Counted from the first letter of the stretch, positions 51,060 to 60,711 are shown. The stretch: DNA of 64,000 nucleotides from Candidatus Omnitrophota bacterium (GCA_028716565.1 JAQUPL010000001.1:280479-344478); one strand, 5' to 3'. Made by a program: numbers and translations. The notes: generated from the sequence alone by a model not told the origin.

Positions 51060-52844
51060 TTATTCGAACGATAGCGTTATTTTGAAGGCCTTCGTCCCTT
51101 TCCCCAAGTCTTTCGGAAAAGGCGGAAAAGGAGTCGAATCTTTGACGCTTTTTATGGCCAAGTCGGCCAACGCCGGCTCTGCTTTATTTATTATTACCGG
51201 CTCGCCGAAAAGCGAACCGTCATCGAAAAGGGAAAAAGCCACTACGGCGTTTCCGGTAAGCTTCTCCTGCGGCATCGACCGCAGCGCGGTATTAAGGATC
51301 TTCGTCCTCACCATCTGGTTATACAGGTCGAGGTTGACTATCCTGTCCCGGACACTTCCATAGTAGTCGGAATAGGATGAATCTTTCATATTCGGGATCG
51401 GCTGCGACGTATCTCCCGATATAATCGTGGGCGTAAGGAAAATGACCAACTCGGTCTTTTTTGTCTCGTCTACGACATTCCTGAAAGCCGCGCCGAAAAA
51501 GGGAATATCGCCGAGGATCGGAAGCTTGTTGACTGTCCTTATTTTGGTATCTTCTATGAGCCCTCCCATCACGATAGTCACACCGTCCTTTACCACTACG
51601 CTCGTCTCGGCCTCGGAGGTCTTTACTATAGGCACGCCGTCCGGGGACGCCGTGGTCTTGATCCTGCTGCCGACCGAACTGACCACAGGCCTTATCTTCA
51701 TCGATACATAGCCGTCTTTGTTCACGGACGGGGTCACGTAAAGCTGTATACCGACATCTACGAAATTTACCGACTCCGCGGTGGTTACCGCTCCGGCAGC
51801 CGGCGTCGTGGTAGTACCGGTAATATAGGCCTCTTTCGTGCCCACCATTATCTTTGCCTCCTGGCCGTCGAGCGCGGTAATGCGCGGGCTGGAGATGATC
51901 TTGGTATTCCCTACCAACTTAAGGGCCTGGATGACTGAATTGAAGGTATTGCCGTCCCCGAAGCCCGTGCTTATCGTCAAGGTGCCGCCTGAGGTCAGGT
52001 TGGCGGTAAGCTTCTGGTCGACAGTGACTTTCTTTAAGATCGTCTGCCAATCTATCCCGGTGGTCAACTTGTCATCTAACTCCACCTGGACTATCTTGGC
52101 ATCGATGAGGACTTGCCGGGTCTTTTCATCAAAAGCATTTATTATCCTCTCGATGTCCGCCACCTTCCCGGGCAGGTCGGTCACAACCACGGTATTCGTG
52201 CGTTCGTCAAACCGGACCGAACCCAGTCCTTTCGTGATCATATCCTGTATCTTGGGGTTCAATTTATCGCTCTTAGCGTAATCCAGCGTGAAGACCTTCG
52301 TGACCGTAGGGGAATCGAGCGAGGCGACCATCTCCTTCATCTGCTCGAGCCTTCCGGCGCTATCCATCAATATAAGGGAGTTCGAACCTTCATCCACTAT
52401 GACCCTCCCTATGGTCGTCTTGACCTGCGTGACGGCTTTAGCCACTTCTACCGCCTTCGCGTAATTAAGCTTGATAGTGACCAATTCTTTCTTATCCTTG
52501 AAATGCTCTCCGTACATCGCCTCGTATTCCCGGCCGGTCATGACGTTCACGATATCATTGCGCACGTCGTAGGCCAGGTCGTTCGAGAGGAGTATTATCT
52601 CGAAGGCGTCCCAGACATCGACATCTTTCAGGAAGATAGTGACCTTGCCGGTCACGCTCTTCGACGCGATGATGTTCATGCCGGTCCTCTGCGATATTAT
52701 CTTAAGGGTGTCGATTATGTCTATCCCCTTCAGGTCGAGCGTGATCTTCTGCGCGGAGATAGGGGACTGGGCGAAGGAACCGGCCGCGAAGGAGATGAAA
52801 ATAAAGCATGCCAGAAACCCCGTGAGATACCTTGAAAACTTCAT
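51060..52844 (-). CDS. Secretin (GspD/PilQ family) with a C-terminal TonB-C-like extension
   Basis: Signal peptide, N0/N1-like domains, secretin core (VLIDAKIVQVELDDK...GGLIEDTKIRTVNKLPILGDIPFFGAAF). The extra roughly 80 C-terminal aa match the TonB_C pattern (G.AVVAFSLFDDGSL...V...A.P.LADLAIKSV...FPPFP). Confidence 0.8.
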   Translation of the reverse strand: MKFSRYLTGFLACFIFISFAAGSFAQSPISAQKITLDLKGIDIIDTLKIISQRTGMNIIASKSVTGKVTIFLKDVDVWDAFEIILLSNDLAYDVRNDIVNVMTGREYEAMYGEHFKDKKELVTIKLNYAKAVEVAKAVTQVKTTIGRVIVDEGSNSLILMDSAGRLEQMKEMVASLDSPTVTKVFTLDYAKSDKLNPKIQDMITKGLGSVRFDERTNTVVVTDLPGKVADIERIINAFDEKTRQVLIDAKIVQVELDDKLTTGIDWQTILKKVTVDQKLTANLTSGGTLTISTGFGDGNTFNSVIQALKLVGNTKIISSPRITALDGQEAKIMVGTKEAYITGTTTTPAAGAVTTAESVNFVDVGIQLYVTPSVNKDGYVSMKIRPVVSSVGSRIKTTASPDGVPIVKTSEAETSVVVKDGVTIVMGGLIEDTKIRTVNKLPILGDIPFFGAAFRNVVDETKKTELVIFLTPTIISGDTSQPIPNMKDSSYSDYYGSVRDRIVNLDLYNQMVRTKILNTALRSMPQEKLTGNAVVAFSLFDDGSLFGEPVIINKAEPALADLAIKSVKDSTPFPPFPKDLGKGTKAFKITLSFE

Positions 52845-52871
52845 ATTGACCCTGTCCATGGCATTCTCCTC

Positions 52872-53546
52872 TTATAAGGTAAGTTCGAGCACTTCACCGT
52901 TTATCGACAAAATTACCTTGTCCGACTGTATATCCTCAACCCTTATATTGTCCAACGAATCGCCCTTGTAAAGGAAATATGATTTCTTGTTCTTCCCGTC
53001 CTCCAGGATCACCTGGGGTTTATCACCGGCTATTATCCCCTTCAGCGTAAAATCCTTTAACTTGTCGAAGGAGGCCTGGGCAGGCCTTGCCGCGGGAGCG
53101 GCCTGGACCGGGGAGGCCTTAAAAAGATCTTTCGACGCCAGCAGCGCCGGATTATCCTGGATCTCAACGGATACGGAAGATGGATCTGCCTGGACCGGGG
53201 AGGCAGATCCTATTTGCGGTTCCTGGCGCACGGCTGCCCCCTTGGCGGGCTCGGGTATATAGGCCGGACGTTTCAGGTTGAAACTTATGACGTCGATCAA
53301 AAGGACGGCGGCGATGACAATAAGGACGGTTATCAGGGTTATGTTTATAAATTTGACGTGATCTCCGCTTTTAAGCTGCGGTGGCGCAGTCCTGCGGTCC
53401 TGACCGGCAGGAGCCGGACCGGCCTCACGCTCGCCCGGGACGGAACTCTCCCTCTCCTGGAGCGGAGCGGACCTATTCTTAGGTTTCTTTTCGCCGCGGA
53501 TGAGCCTCAAAAGTTTTTCTTCCGGGCTTGTGAATTCCTCGGGCAT
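52872..53546 (-). CDS. Secretin-interacting inner-membrane protein, PilP/GspC-like
   Basis: Likely start MPEEFTSPEEK. Cytoplasmic N-terminus, one TM helix, Pro/Ala-rich linker, and a C-terminal beta-domain pattern (L.G.I.G....VILEDG...Y.LYKGD.L....V.DI....V.L) as in PilP / the GspC HR domain. Lies directly upstream of the secretin. Confidence 0.5.
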   Translation of the reverse strand: MPEEFTSPEEKLLRLIRGEKKPKNRSAPLQERESSVPGEREAGPAPAGQDRRTAPPQLKSGDHVKFINITLITVLIVIAAVLLIDVISFNLKRPAYIPEPAKGAAVRQEPQIGSASPVQADPSSVSVEIQDNPALLASKDLFKASPVQAAPAARPAQASFDKLKDFTLKGIIAGDKPQVILEDGKNKKSYFLYKGDSLDNIRVEDIQSDKVILSINGEVLELTL

Positions 53547-54361
53547 TAACTTACCTCCCTGCCTATCACAGCCTGGACGATTTCGCGGTCTATGGCGGTC
53601 CTCTCGTCCATTATGACGGTCTCCACGCAATCGTGGCAGAGCAAGGCTATCTTCCTCGGATATCCCTGCGTATGTTCATATATATATTTTATCGCGTCGT
53701 CCGTAAAGAGCGGGGCCTGGGCCGAATAACCCGCCTGTTTCAGCCTGAACTCTATCATCTGTTTTGTCTCAGCCTCGTCCAGGGGATTTATCAGGTATTT
53801 AAGGGCGATCCTGTCCATGAAATTCTTTATCTTCCTTATCCTGGGCAGCAGCTCGACCTGGCCCAGTATGACAAGCTGCAGGAGCTTGTATTCATTGGTC
53901 TCGTAGTTCAATAATATCCTAAGGAGTTCGAGTTGGTTGGCGTCAAGCTTTTGGCCTTCGTCTATGAGGAGGATTATCGTCTTGTTCTCGTCGACGCCTT
54001 TTTGGAAGAGGTATTTTTCTATGGCATCCTTGAATTCAAGAGTCGACCTGAATGCCGGTTTGATCCCGAACATCTTCGCGAGGTTTGCGAGGAATTGGAA
54101 TTCCGTCTTATAACTGGGGTCGAGGATCATGTGGAATATGAAATTATCGTCCCCGTGGAATGATTGCAACAATGTCCGCGAGAGCGTCGTCTTTCCCGTC
54201 CCTACGTCGCCCAGGACCACGCTCAGGCCGCGCCTCAACCTTATCGTGATCTCCAGCCTGTTGAGGGCCGATTCATGCGATTGGGAACGGAAGAAAAAGG
54301 CGGGGTCCGGACTTGTCGAAAACGGTTCTTTCTCAAGGGCAAGCGCTTTATAATAGCTCAA
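53546..54361 (-). CDS. exeA: AAA+ ATPase ExeA/GspA (MshM-like)
   Basis: 271 aa; Walker A GDVGTGKTT, Walker B LLIDEGQ; ExeA-family length and layout. Confidence 0.7.
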   Translation of the reverse strand: MSYYKALALEKEPFSTSPDPAFFFRSQSHESALNRLEITIRLRRGLSVVLGDVGTGKTTLSRTLLQSFHGDDNFIFHMILDPSYKTEFQFLANLAKMFGIKPAFRSTLEFKDAIEKYLFQKGVDENKTIILLIDEGQKLDANQLELLRILLNYETNEYKLLQLVILGQVELLPRIRKIKNFMDRIALKYLINPLDEAETKQMIEFRLKQAGYSAQAPLFTDDAIKYIYEHTQGYPRKIALLCHDCVETVIMDERTAIDREIVQAVIGREVS

Positions 54362-54603
54362 CTTGAGGCCCTTCCGGGTTCCAGTAGTTCGAGGATCTTC
54401 TTTATCGGGTATTTATCCCGTCTTAAACTTATTATCCTGTTCAGCCTGTTTATAGTAGATTCATCAAAATATCTGAAATTCGTCTCAGGGCTCCTGCCTA
54501 CCTCAGAGATAAGCCTTATTTTGAGATAATATTTCACCGTTTCTATGGAAAGTCCGGTCAATCTTGCTAAATCTTTAACTAAATATAGGTTATGAGCGCT
54601 CAT
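54358..54603 (-). CDS. Small MerR-family HTH protein (DNA-binding domain only)
   Basis: 81 aa; LYLVKDLARLTGLSIETVKYYLKIRLI matches the MerR HTH and wing; no effector domain. Confidence 0.6.
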   Translation of the reverse strand: MSAHNLYLVKDLARLTGLSIETVKYYLKIRLISEVGRSPETNFRYFDESTINRLNRIISLRRDKYPIKKILELLEPGRASS

Positions 54604-54626
54604 CTTCTACTCCCTACTCAGGGAGC

Positions 54627-54655
54627 AGTATATAAAATCATACTTATCTTGTCAA
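54627..54655 (-). promoter_or_regulatory. Candidate internal promoter TTGACA-17-TATACT upstream of the merR-like gene, followed by palindrome CTCCCTGAGTAGGGAG that includes the SD
   Basis: -35 is the complement of 54650-54655; -10 is the complement of 54627-54632; the 6-bp-arm inverted repeat at 54610-54625 overlaps the AGGGAG Shine-Dalgarno. Confidence 0.4.
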
Positions 54656-54674
54656 GTATTTTTTGAAGAAAGGG

Positions 54675-55208
54675 TTAATGGATAGCTATTTTGGAAATTA
54701 CGATACCGCACCTGAGGATGTTAGAGCGGGCCTGTTTCGGATTCAGCGATAATCTATCGATAGCCAGCAGATGAGCGGAATTCTGCACTTTTCGCATAAA
54801 ATCTGATATCTGTATCATGTCCCCTTCCAGCTCGAGGCCGGCGTAAAACTTCCTGTAAAGGCTGAATTTTTTCGTGGGCAGGGGTTTTATCTCGTTTATG
54901 TGGACTCCGGTCGTATTCGCGAGGGATTCGATCTCGGTGAGGAATTTAGCCATCTCCTCTTCCGCCGAACCGGCCATCCTGAGGGCCGACGCGGCTTTTT
55001 CATAATCGCCGGTTATCGGCCCTGTCCTGCCGATGAGGCGCTCGCTCTTTTCCAGTTTGAGGGTGTCCGCGGCTATCTCATCGTTAAGCCGCTTCCATTT
55101 TGTCGAGACCGGTTTTAAGATGAACGCCTGGGCGGCCCATGCGACTATCACCGCCAACGTAAGATAAAAAAGCTTGCTCTCCCGGCCGCTGAGGTTTAAT
55201 AATGTCAT
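54675..55208 (-). CDS. PilO / GspM-like bitopic inner-membrane assembly protein
   Basis: 177 aa; short cytoplasmic N-terminus, TM helix, coiled coil, and a C-terminal ferredoxin-like region, as in PilO/GspM. Confidence 0.55.
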   Translation of the reverse strand: MTLLNLSGRESKLFYLTLAVIVAWAAQAFILKPVSTKWKRLNDEIAADTLKLEKSERLIGRTGPITGDYEKAASALRMAGSAEEEMAKFLTEIESLANTTGVHINEIKPLPTKKFSLYRKFYAGLELEGDMIQISDFMRKVQNSAHLLAIDRLSLNPKQARSNILRCGIVISKIAIH

Positions 55209-56638
55209 TTGGCCGCCTTTCCGGATAACGGGCAGGATATCTCGAAATCCACGAATTCGGCTTGCGGGGTCTTTCTCTTTGCGGCGTATTTCACTTCGAC
55301 GTTCTCAAAATACGGCGAGTCGTCGAGCAGCTTGACGAACCTGAACACCTCGGACAAAGCTGATGACGTCCCCTTTATGTCCACCCTCCCCTCATCGTAT
55401 TTATACAGCGCGAGGTTTATCGAAGGGGGCGCGATCCTGTAGAATTCGTTCAATATCAAAAGCGGCCGCGCCCTTTGTGATGATTCGGACCTGACGATAT
55501 CGGCTAACTCCTTCTTCCTGCCTATCTCCTGCGCCGACGGGGCCGTCTTCTTCAGCCTCAGTTCGAGCACTCTCAATAATTCTTCCTTTTGGTGCAGTTT
55601 GTTCACGACCACGAGAGATAGAAGTATAAGGACAGCCGCGGCCAGCGAAAGGGAGACCATAGCCTCGTTCCTCCTTATCTTCACCGACCTGGCAACCTTA
55701 AATCTCCCGGGCAACAGGTCTACCCTGTCCGGTCCGGCCGCATTGCCTATAAGGGAGGCGAACGAACCTGTTGAGGTGAAAGGCCTGGATCTTTCAGGTA
55801 CCCCGGAAGGGAACACCTTGAACGCGTCCCTGAATTCAACCTTTATCCCCATCGCGTTTTCAAGCGATTCCTTGTGCGCTTCCATCCCGGGCAAATAACC
55901 GGTAAAGACAGCCTTTACGGGTTTCAAGGTCAAGGATTCCTTTTCGAATGTCACCAGGGTCCTTGTTATTTCTTCCTTAAGCCTTTCGATGTAATCCGCG
56001 CCCCCGCCGGAGCCGAAAGTGAGTCCGCGTGTATATATTACCTTCTCTTTATCGGCGATCACGATGTCCGTGGCCGACTTATCGCATTCCACGACGATAA
56101 CAGGCGCCGCGCCCGCCCCGGCCATGAAATCCGGGTCCATCCTTAGCCAGTTGAGGATACCGATAGAGCTCAGCGTCACCTTCGAAGGGGAGAATCCGCA
56201 GGACCTCATCACCTCAAGCGGCCTCTCGACCATATCTTTGTGGCAGATGACAAGCATCACCTTCGAATAGCCCTCGGCCGTCGTCTCTATCGGGCTGACG
56301 CCGTATGTTATCTCCTCTTTTGGATAGGGTATCTGTTTTATCGCCTGGAACCCGGCCATCTCTTCTATCTCCGCCGGGTCATGGGACGGAAGGCTCAGCG
56401 TTTTGGTCGTCACGGATTGCCTGGGTATTACGAGGACTGTCTCTTTGGGTTTTATGTTAAAGTTTTTGAGGATCTTGCTTAACGCCTCTGAAGCCGCTTT
56501 GACGTCATTCGACGGCACCGCTTCGCTGACGCAGGCCTCTATCGCCGCGGCCGGGCCGCTCACCGATATCTGGATGACTTTTATCTCAGATTCGCGTATC
56601 TCGATCGCCGTCTTAGTCTTGTCGGTAAATAATCCCAT
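55205..56638 (-). CDS. PilM-PilN fusion protein (GspL-like architecture)
   Basis: 477 aa. An N-terminal actin-like PilM domain is followed by a PilN segment beginning VDLLPGRFKVARSVKIRR, then a TM helix and a periplasmic domain. Confidence 0.65.
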   Translation of the reverse strand: MGLFTDKTKTAIEIRESEIKVIQISVSGPAAAIEACVSEAVPSNDVKAASEALSKILKNFNIKPKETVLVIPRQSVTTKTLSLPSHDPAEIEEMAGFQAIKQIPYPKEEITYGVSPIETTAEGYSKVMLVICHKDMVERPLEVMRSCGFSPSKVTLSSIGILNWLRMDPDFMAGAGAAPVIVVECDKSATDIVIADKEKVIYTRGLTFGSGGGADYIERLKEEITRTLVTFEKESLTLKPVKAVFTGYLPGMEAHKESLENAMGIKVEFRDAFKVFPSGVPERSRPFTSTGSFASLIGNAAGPDRVDLLPGRFKVARSVKIRRNEAMVSLSLAAAVLILLSLVVVNKLHQKEELLRVLELRLKKTAPSAQEIGRKKELADIVRSESSQRARPLLILNEFYRIAPPSINLALYKYDEGRVDIKGTSSALSEVFRFVKLLDDSPYFENVEVKYAAKRKTPQAEFVDFEISCPLSGKAAK

Positions 56639-56641
56639 CTC

Positions 56642-57613
56642 CTATTCCTCGTTCCAGTAGAGAACGCTTCCGCCCGTTACCGAGATGACACAGGTAACGG
56701 TTTTTACCGCCCTGCCGCCCGAAGCGTAACCTTTCGATATCACCCTGTAATAATTGGAACCGCAAGATACGAGCGCCTTGTTCGCTTCCGTCAGCGACGT
56801 AATATTCGCGCCTGACAGGAAATCGATGAAGTCATTCTTGTCGACGAAATGCGTATTATCCGGCGTATCCGGGCCGATCCTGGCGGCAATTATAGTCTCG
56901 GCCTCGGGTTGCGAAAAACCCAGCGCCATAAGTACAGGCAACGGGGCTGTATTCACATTTATCTGGCAGCCCGTGCCGGTTATCGGGTATACAGTGATAT
57001 ATCCCTTTATCTTATCGAAGAGCTCGCGGTTTACGCCCTTGACCAACAAGACCTCATCTATCGAGTCAAAAGGGAGATCCTTTTTCTTGTATCCCTCTCC
57101 AGTGTAATCATATTCATTATATTCCTGGGAACCGTCCTTGCGGATATCGTCTTCGTCGCGCCAATCTTCTATACTAGCCGCGATCTCGCCGGCGTCTCCT
57201 GTAAGGTCAAAATACTCGATAAGCCGCTTGATGACATCCCCGGGCGCGTTATTGATATTTATACGCGCTTCCTCGTCCTGGACGCCGTAAAAGACCCGTT
57301 TATCGGAAGAGGGATAACTTACGGTAAAGGTACCGGCCTCCCCTATCTTGATATCCTTAAAAAGCGGGTTGGCTTCCTCATCATTGCATGACCATTGCTC
57401 GTTCAAGGTATCCATAGTGTGGTTCTTCTTGCTGAGGATGACGGCCGCCGCGCGTTCTACACCGGCCTCGGAAAGGTACAGGGCAGCCGCGCTGTCCCTG
57501 TTAAAACCGGTAAGTTTCAGTTCAAGCCCCATCCTGCCGCCTATCCCAATTGAGAGTATAGCCAAAATCGCCAAAATCCACAAGGTTATAATAAGGATGG
57601 CGCCCTTCTTCAA
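56642..57613 (-). CDS. gspK: Minor pseudopilin GspK-like
   Basis: 323 aa; N-terminal hydrophobic ILIITLWILAILAIL, characteristic INVNTAP motif; size typical of GspK. Confidence 0.7.
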   Translation of the reverse strand: MKKGAILIITLWILAILAILSIGIGGRMGLELKLTGFNRDSAAALYLSEAGVERAAAVILSKKNHTMDTLNEQWSCNDEEANPLFKDIKIGEAGTFTVSYPSSDKRVFYGVQDEEARININNAPGDVIKRLIEYFDLTGDAGEIAASIEDWRDEDDIRKDGSQEYNEYDYTGEGYKKKDLPFDSIDEVLLVKGVNRELFDKIKGYITVYPITGTGCQINVNTAPLPVLMALGFSQPEAETIIAARIGPDTPDNTHFVDKNDFIDFLSGANITSLTEANKALVSCGSNYYRVISKGYASGGRAVKTVTCVISVTGGSVLYWNEE

Positions 57614-58200
57614 GGAATAATCACCTCTTCGTCTTTCAGTATTCCTGTAGGTATCAATACCGTCCGGGTGACCGTAAGCGGTTCCGCCGAACCATCGGGG
57701 GTATACGTCAATAACACCTTGACGCCGAACGGAACTTCTTTATAATCTTCCTGCCAGGAATCACCCCATACAGGTCTTCCGTCTTTTTTGTATAAATACT
57801 GGAATTTAATGACTGACATCCCGGACGCCAACCGGGACCTCACCCCGGGGCCGCCCGAGGCGTTATCCTTATAGGTCTGCAATACCCTGTATACCGCTTT
57901 CTCCCCTTCGTCAAACTCGTATGTCACCCTGAATAGGCCGTTAACCGCCCTGCAGAAAGAGAGGGAATCCGCGCTCCCGGAAAATACTATCACCTGAGAA
58001 TTGACGGCGTTCTTTAATTCGCGCGAGAGCATGCCCAAAAGATACCGGGCCTCCTGCCTGCTGCGGTAACTCCCCTCACCCTTCTGCCAGGCGCAGATGC
58101 CCACATTAAAGGAAAGATATATCGAGATAGAGACGATGGAGAATATCAGCATCGCTATCAATAATTCGATAAATGTGAACCCTGCGCGGCACTTTCTCAT
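57610..58200 (-). CDS. gspJ: Minor pseudopilin GspJ-like (prepilin N-terminus)
   Basis: 196 aa; prepilin-type cleavage/methylation motif AGFTFIELLIAM. Confidence 0.6.
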   Translation of the reverse strand: MRKCRAGFTFIELLIAMLIFSIVSISIYLSFNVGICAWQKGEGSYRSRQEARYLLGMLSRELKNAVNSQVIVFSGSADSLSFCRAVNGLFRVTYEFDEGEKAVYRVLQTYKDNASGGPGVRSRLASGMSVIKFQYLYKKDGRPVWGDSWQEDYKEVPFGVKVLLTYTPDGSAEPLTVTRTVLIPTGILKDEEVIIP

Positions 58201-58595
58201 TCTACGCCTGCCTGGCCCTTAAGGTAAGTGCCTATTTCGATCTTCTCGTTGCGTTCCTTATTCGTCCAGGATATTATGGTAATGACCTGGTTAAGAGTAT
58301 CCCCGTCACTTATCTTCGTTATCTTTGTTTCCAGGCTGTACGGCGTCCCGGATATCTGGGTGGATGACTCGGACGCGGCGACACCCCCGGCCAATTCCTC
58401 CTCTATCTCGAGGCCGGCAATCTTGTCCTGCACCAAGAGCGACGCCTTAAAATACTCCTGCGCTATCTTCGAGGCGCGCAGGGATGATGTGAAAGAGCGC
58501 AATATGACCGCCAGGCCTATCGCGATGACGGCGATGCTCGCCACCACCTCGAGGAGGAGGTATCCCTTCCTATTCCGTCTGCTTGACATTGACAT
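58197..58595 (-). CDS. gspI: Minor pseudopilin GspI-like
   Basis: 132 aa; variant prepilin motif KGYLLLEVV (G-Y-L-L-L-E with Glu at +5). Confidence 0.55.
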   Translation of the reverse strand: MSMSSRRNRKGYLLLEVVASIAVIAIGLAVILRSFTSSLRASKIAQEYFKASLLVQDKIAGLEIEEELAGGVAASESSTQISGTPYSLETKITKISDGDTLNQVITIISWTNKERNEKIEIGTYLKGQAGVE

Positions 58596-59055
58596 AGCCT
58601 GTCCCCGGGTCTACCGATACCGAATATTTCCCGCCGTATTTCCCCTTGATCTCGAAATCAGCCCTGTCCGACGTCCCGTCCGGATAGAAGACTATCTTGG
58701 CCTTGCCCTCCTTCAGGTCAATCAGGACGGAATCGGGTATCGACTTCACCTTCCCGGTCACCCACTGGTCGACGTCAACCCCGTAAGGGTCTCGGAATAC
58801 GAGGTGGTCTTCTGTCAGGACGCGTTTCTGCGGCAGGTCGAAATCCACGCTCGCCTCGGCGCTACCGCTTATCGCCTTCGCCTGGGCATACATCGCCAGG
58901 GAAGTAAGATCAGAGACGAAATTCTGAAGGACCAGGGAATCGAACGATCTCCTGAACTGCGGGACCGCGACTGCCGCCAGAATAGCCAGGAGCGTTATAA
59001 TGAATATCAATTCTATGAACGTAAACCCTCGGTGGCAGCGGCGTTGAAACGCCAT
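58570..59055 (-). CDS. gspH: Pseudopilin GspH-like
   Basis: 161 aa; prepilin motif RGFTFIELIFIITLLAILAAVAVP. Confidence 0.6.
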   Translation of the reverse strand: MAFQRRCHRGFTFIELIFIITLLAILAAVAVPQFRRSFDSLVLQNFVSDLTSLAMYAQAKAISGSAEASVDFDLPQKRVLTEDHLVFRDPYGVDVDQWVTGKVKSIPDSVLIDLKEGKAKIVFYPDGTSDRADFEIKGKYGGKYSVSVDPGTGYVNVKQTE

Positions 59056-59065
59056 GGATAATTGC

Positions 59066-59473
59066 CTACTGCTGCCCGGAGACGGGTTGTTTATTGGAGA
59101 TGGTGTCGCTGCCCGCGACGCCGCTCCTGCCGTAACTCATCAAGTCGTAATCTTTCTTGTCGGTGCTAGGCTTATAGACGTAGTCGCGGCCCCACGGGTC
59201 AACCGGCCTCTTCTTAAGATATGGGCCGTTCCACGATTTCAGGTCTCCCGGTTTGACGAGCAGGTCGTCTAATTTATCGGGATATTGCCCGTTATCAAGT
59301 TCATACATGTCCAGGGCCGTGGCTATACTAGTATTTATATCCGACATGGCGACCTGCCTCCTGGCGTCCTCCGACCTCCCGACGAACCTCGGCAATACCA
59401 TCGACGCCAAGATCCCGATTATCACCACTACAAGCAATATCTCTACGAAAGTGAACCCGCTCCTCGCGCGCAT
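59066..59473 (-). CDS. gspG: Major pseudopilin GspG
   Basis: 135 aa; SGFTFVEILLVVVIIGILA and the GspG-specific DPWG..Y.Y...G....YDL.SYG.DG motif. Confidence 0.85.
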   Translation of the reverse strand: MRARSGFTFVEILLVVVIIGILASMVLPRFVGRSEDARRQVAMSDINTSIATALDMYELDNGQYPDKLDDLLVKPGDLKSWNGPYLKKRPVDPWGRDYVYKPSTDKKDYDLMSYGRSGVAGSDTISNKQPVSGQQ

Positions 59474-59483
59474 GATCCCTCCT

Positions 59484-60692
59484 TTATTTTACCATAAGGT
59501 TCAATTGGAATATCGGCAGGAGCATCGCGACCACTATAAAAGCCACGACCGCTCCCATGCCCAGTATCATAAGAGGCTCTATAAGCGACGTCATTATCTT
59601 AATAAGCCTGTCGGCGTAATGTTCATACGAATCCCCGATGCGGTAAAGCGAAACCTCGAGCGAGCCGCCCTCCTCCCCGACGGATATCATGTTCTTCACG
59701 AAGGCCGGGAAGTGCGGGCTGTTCTTTATCGCCCCGGAGAATGAGAGGCCATCTTTTATCGACTTCCCTATCCTCTCGAACTCTTGCCTCAGCACCTCGT
59801 TGGTCGCTGTCGCGGATATTACCTCGATAGAATGGAGTATGGGGACACCGTTATCGAGAAGAGTGGCGAGCGATTTGCAGAGCCTTCCCACCTCGACCTT
59901 TTTGAGGAAATCCCCGAGAAGCGGCAGGCCCAGTAAAAACCTGTCGACCTGTGTCTTTCCCTGCTTTGTGGAGTTTACCCTTACGACCAGGAAAAATATG
60001 ATAGCGGCAGCCAGGACCATCAGCCACCAGAATTGAGCGAAGAAATCGCTTATCCCTACGAGTATCCTTGTGGGGAGCGGAAGGGACTGCCCGAATTCGG
60101 AAAATATCACCGTCAACCGCGGGATGACGAACGACAGGAGGACAAAGACCGTCAAGACACCGACCGAGAGGACGAGCGCCGGATAGGCCATGGCAGCCTG
60201 GATCTTGCTCTTTACGTCCTCCTCTTTCTCGTAATGGTCGGAGAGCCTCTTGAGGATCTTCTCCAACACGCCTCCCACCTCGCCCGCGCTTATCATGCTC
60301 ACGAAAAAATCGGAGAATATCCTGGGATGCTTGGCGAACGCGCCTGAGAGAGAGGCGCCGGCCTTCACTTGGACTATCACATCCTGCAGAGCGGACTTTA
60401 ACGCCTTGTTCTCTATCTGGTCGGATAGGACGCCGAGGGCGTTTATCAGGGTAAGGCCGGAACCCAAAAGGTCGGAGAACTGCTGCGTGAAAACAGCCAT
60501 ATCCCTGGTGCCGACGCGGTTCATGAACGCAAACCCTGCCTCTCCGCCGCGCGCCTCCTGCCTATCCACCCTGAGGGGATACAATCCCATCTGCGATAAT
60601 TTGGAGACGGCTATATATTCGGTGTCGGCCTCTATATAGCCTTCCGCGACGTCGCCGATCCCCTTCTTAGCCCTGTAAAAAAATCTCGCCAA
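59484..60692 (-). CDS. gspF: Inner-membrane platform protein GspF/PilC family
   Basis: 402 aa; two T2SSF repeats with three TM helices. Confidence 0.85.
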   Translation of the reverse strand: MARFFYRAKKGIGDVAEGYIEADTEYIAVSKLSQMGLYPLRVDRQEARGGEAGFAFMNRVGTRDMAVFTQQFSDLLGSGLTLINALGVLSDQIENKALKSALQDVIVQVKAGASLSGAFAKHPRIFSDFFVSMISAGEVGGVLEKILKRLSDHYEKEEDVKSKIQAAMAYPALVLSVGVLTVFVLLSFVIPRLTVIFSEFGQSLPLPTRILVGISDFFAQFWWLMVLAAAIIFFLVVRVNSTKQGKTQVDRFLLGLPLLGDFLKKVEVGRLCKSLATLLDNGVPILHSIEVISATATNEVLRQEFERIGKSIKDGLSFSGAIKNSPHFPAFVKNMISVGEEGGSLEVSLYRIGDSYEHYADRLIKIMTSLIEPLMILGMGAVVAFIVVAMLLPIFQLNLMVK

Positions 60693-60711
60693 TCGAAACT
60701 CCGTCCCCGTG

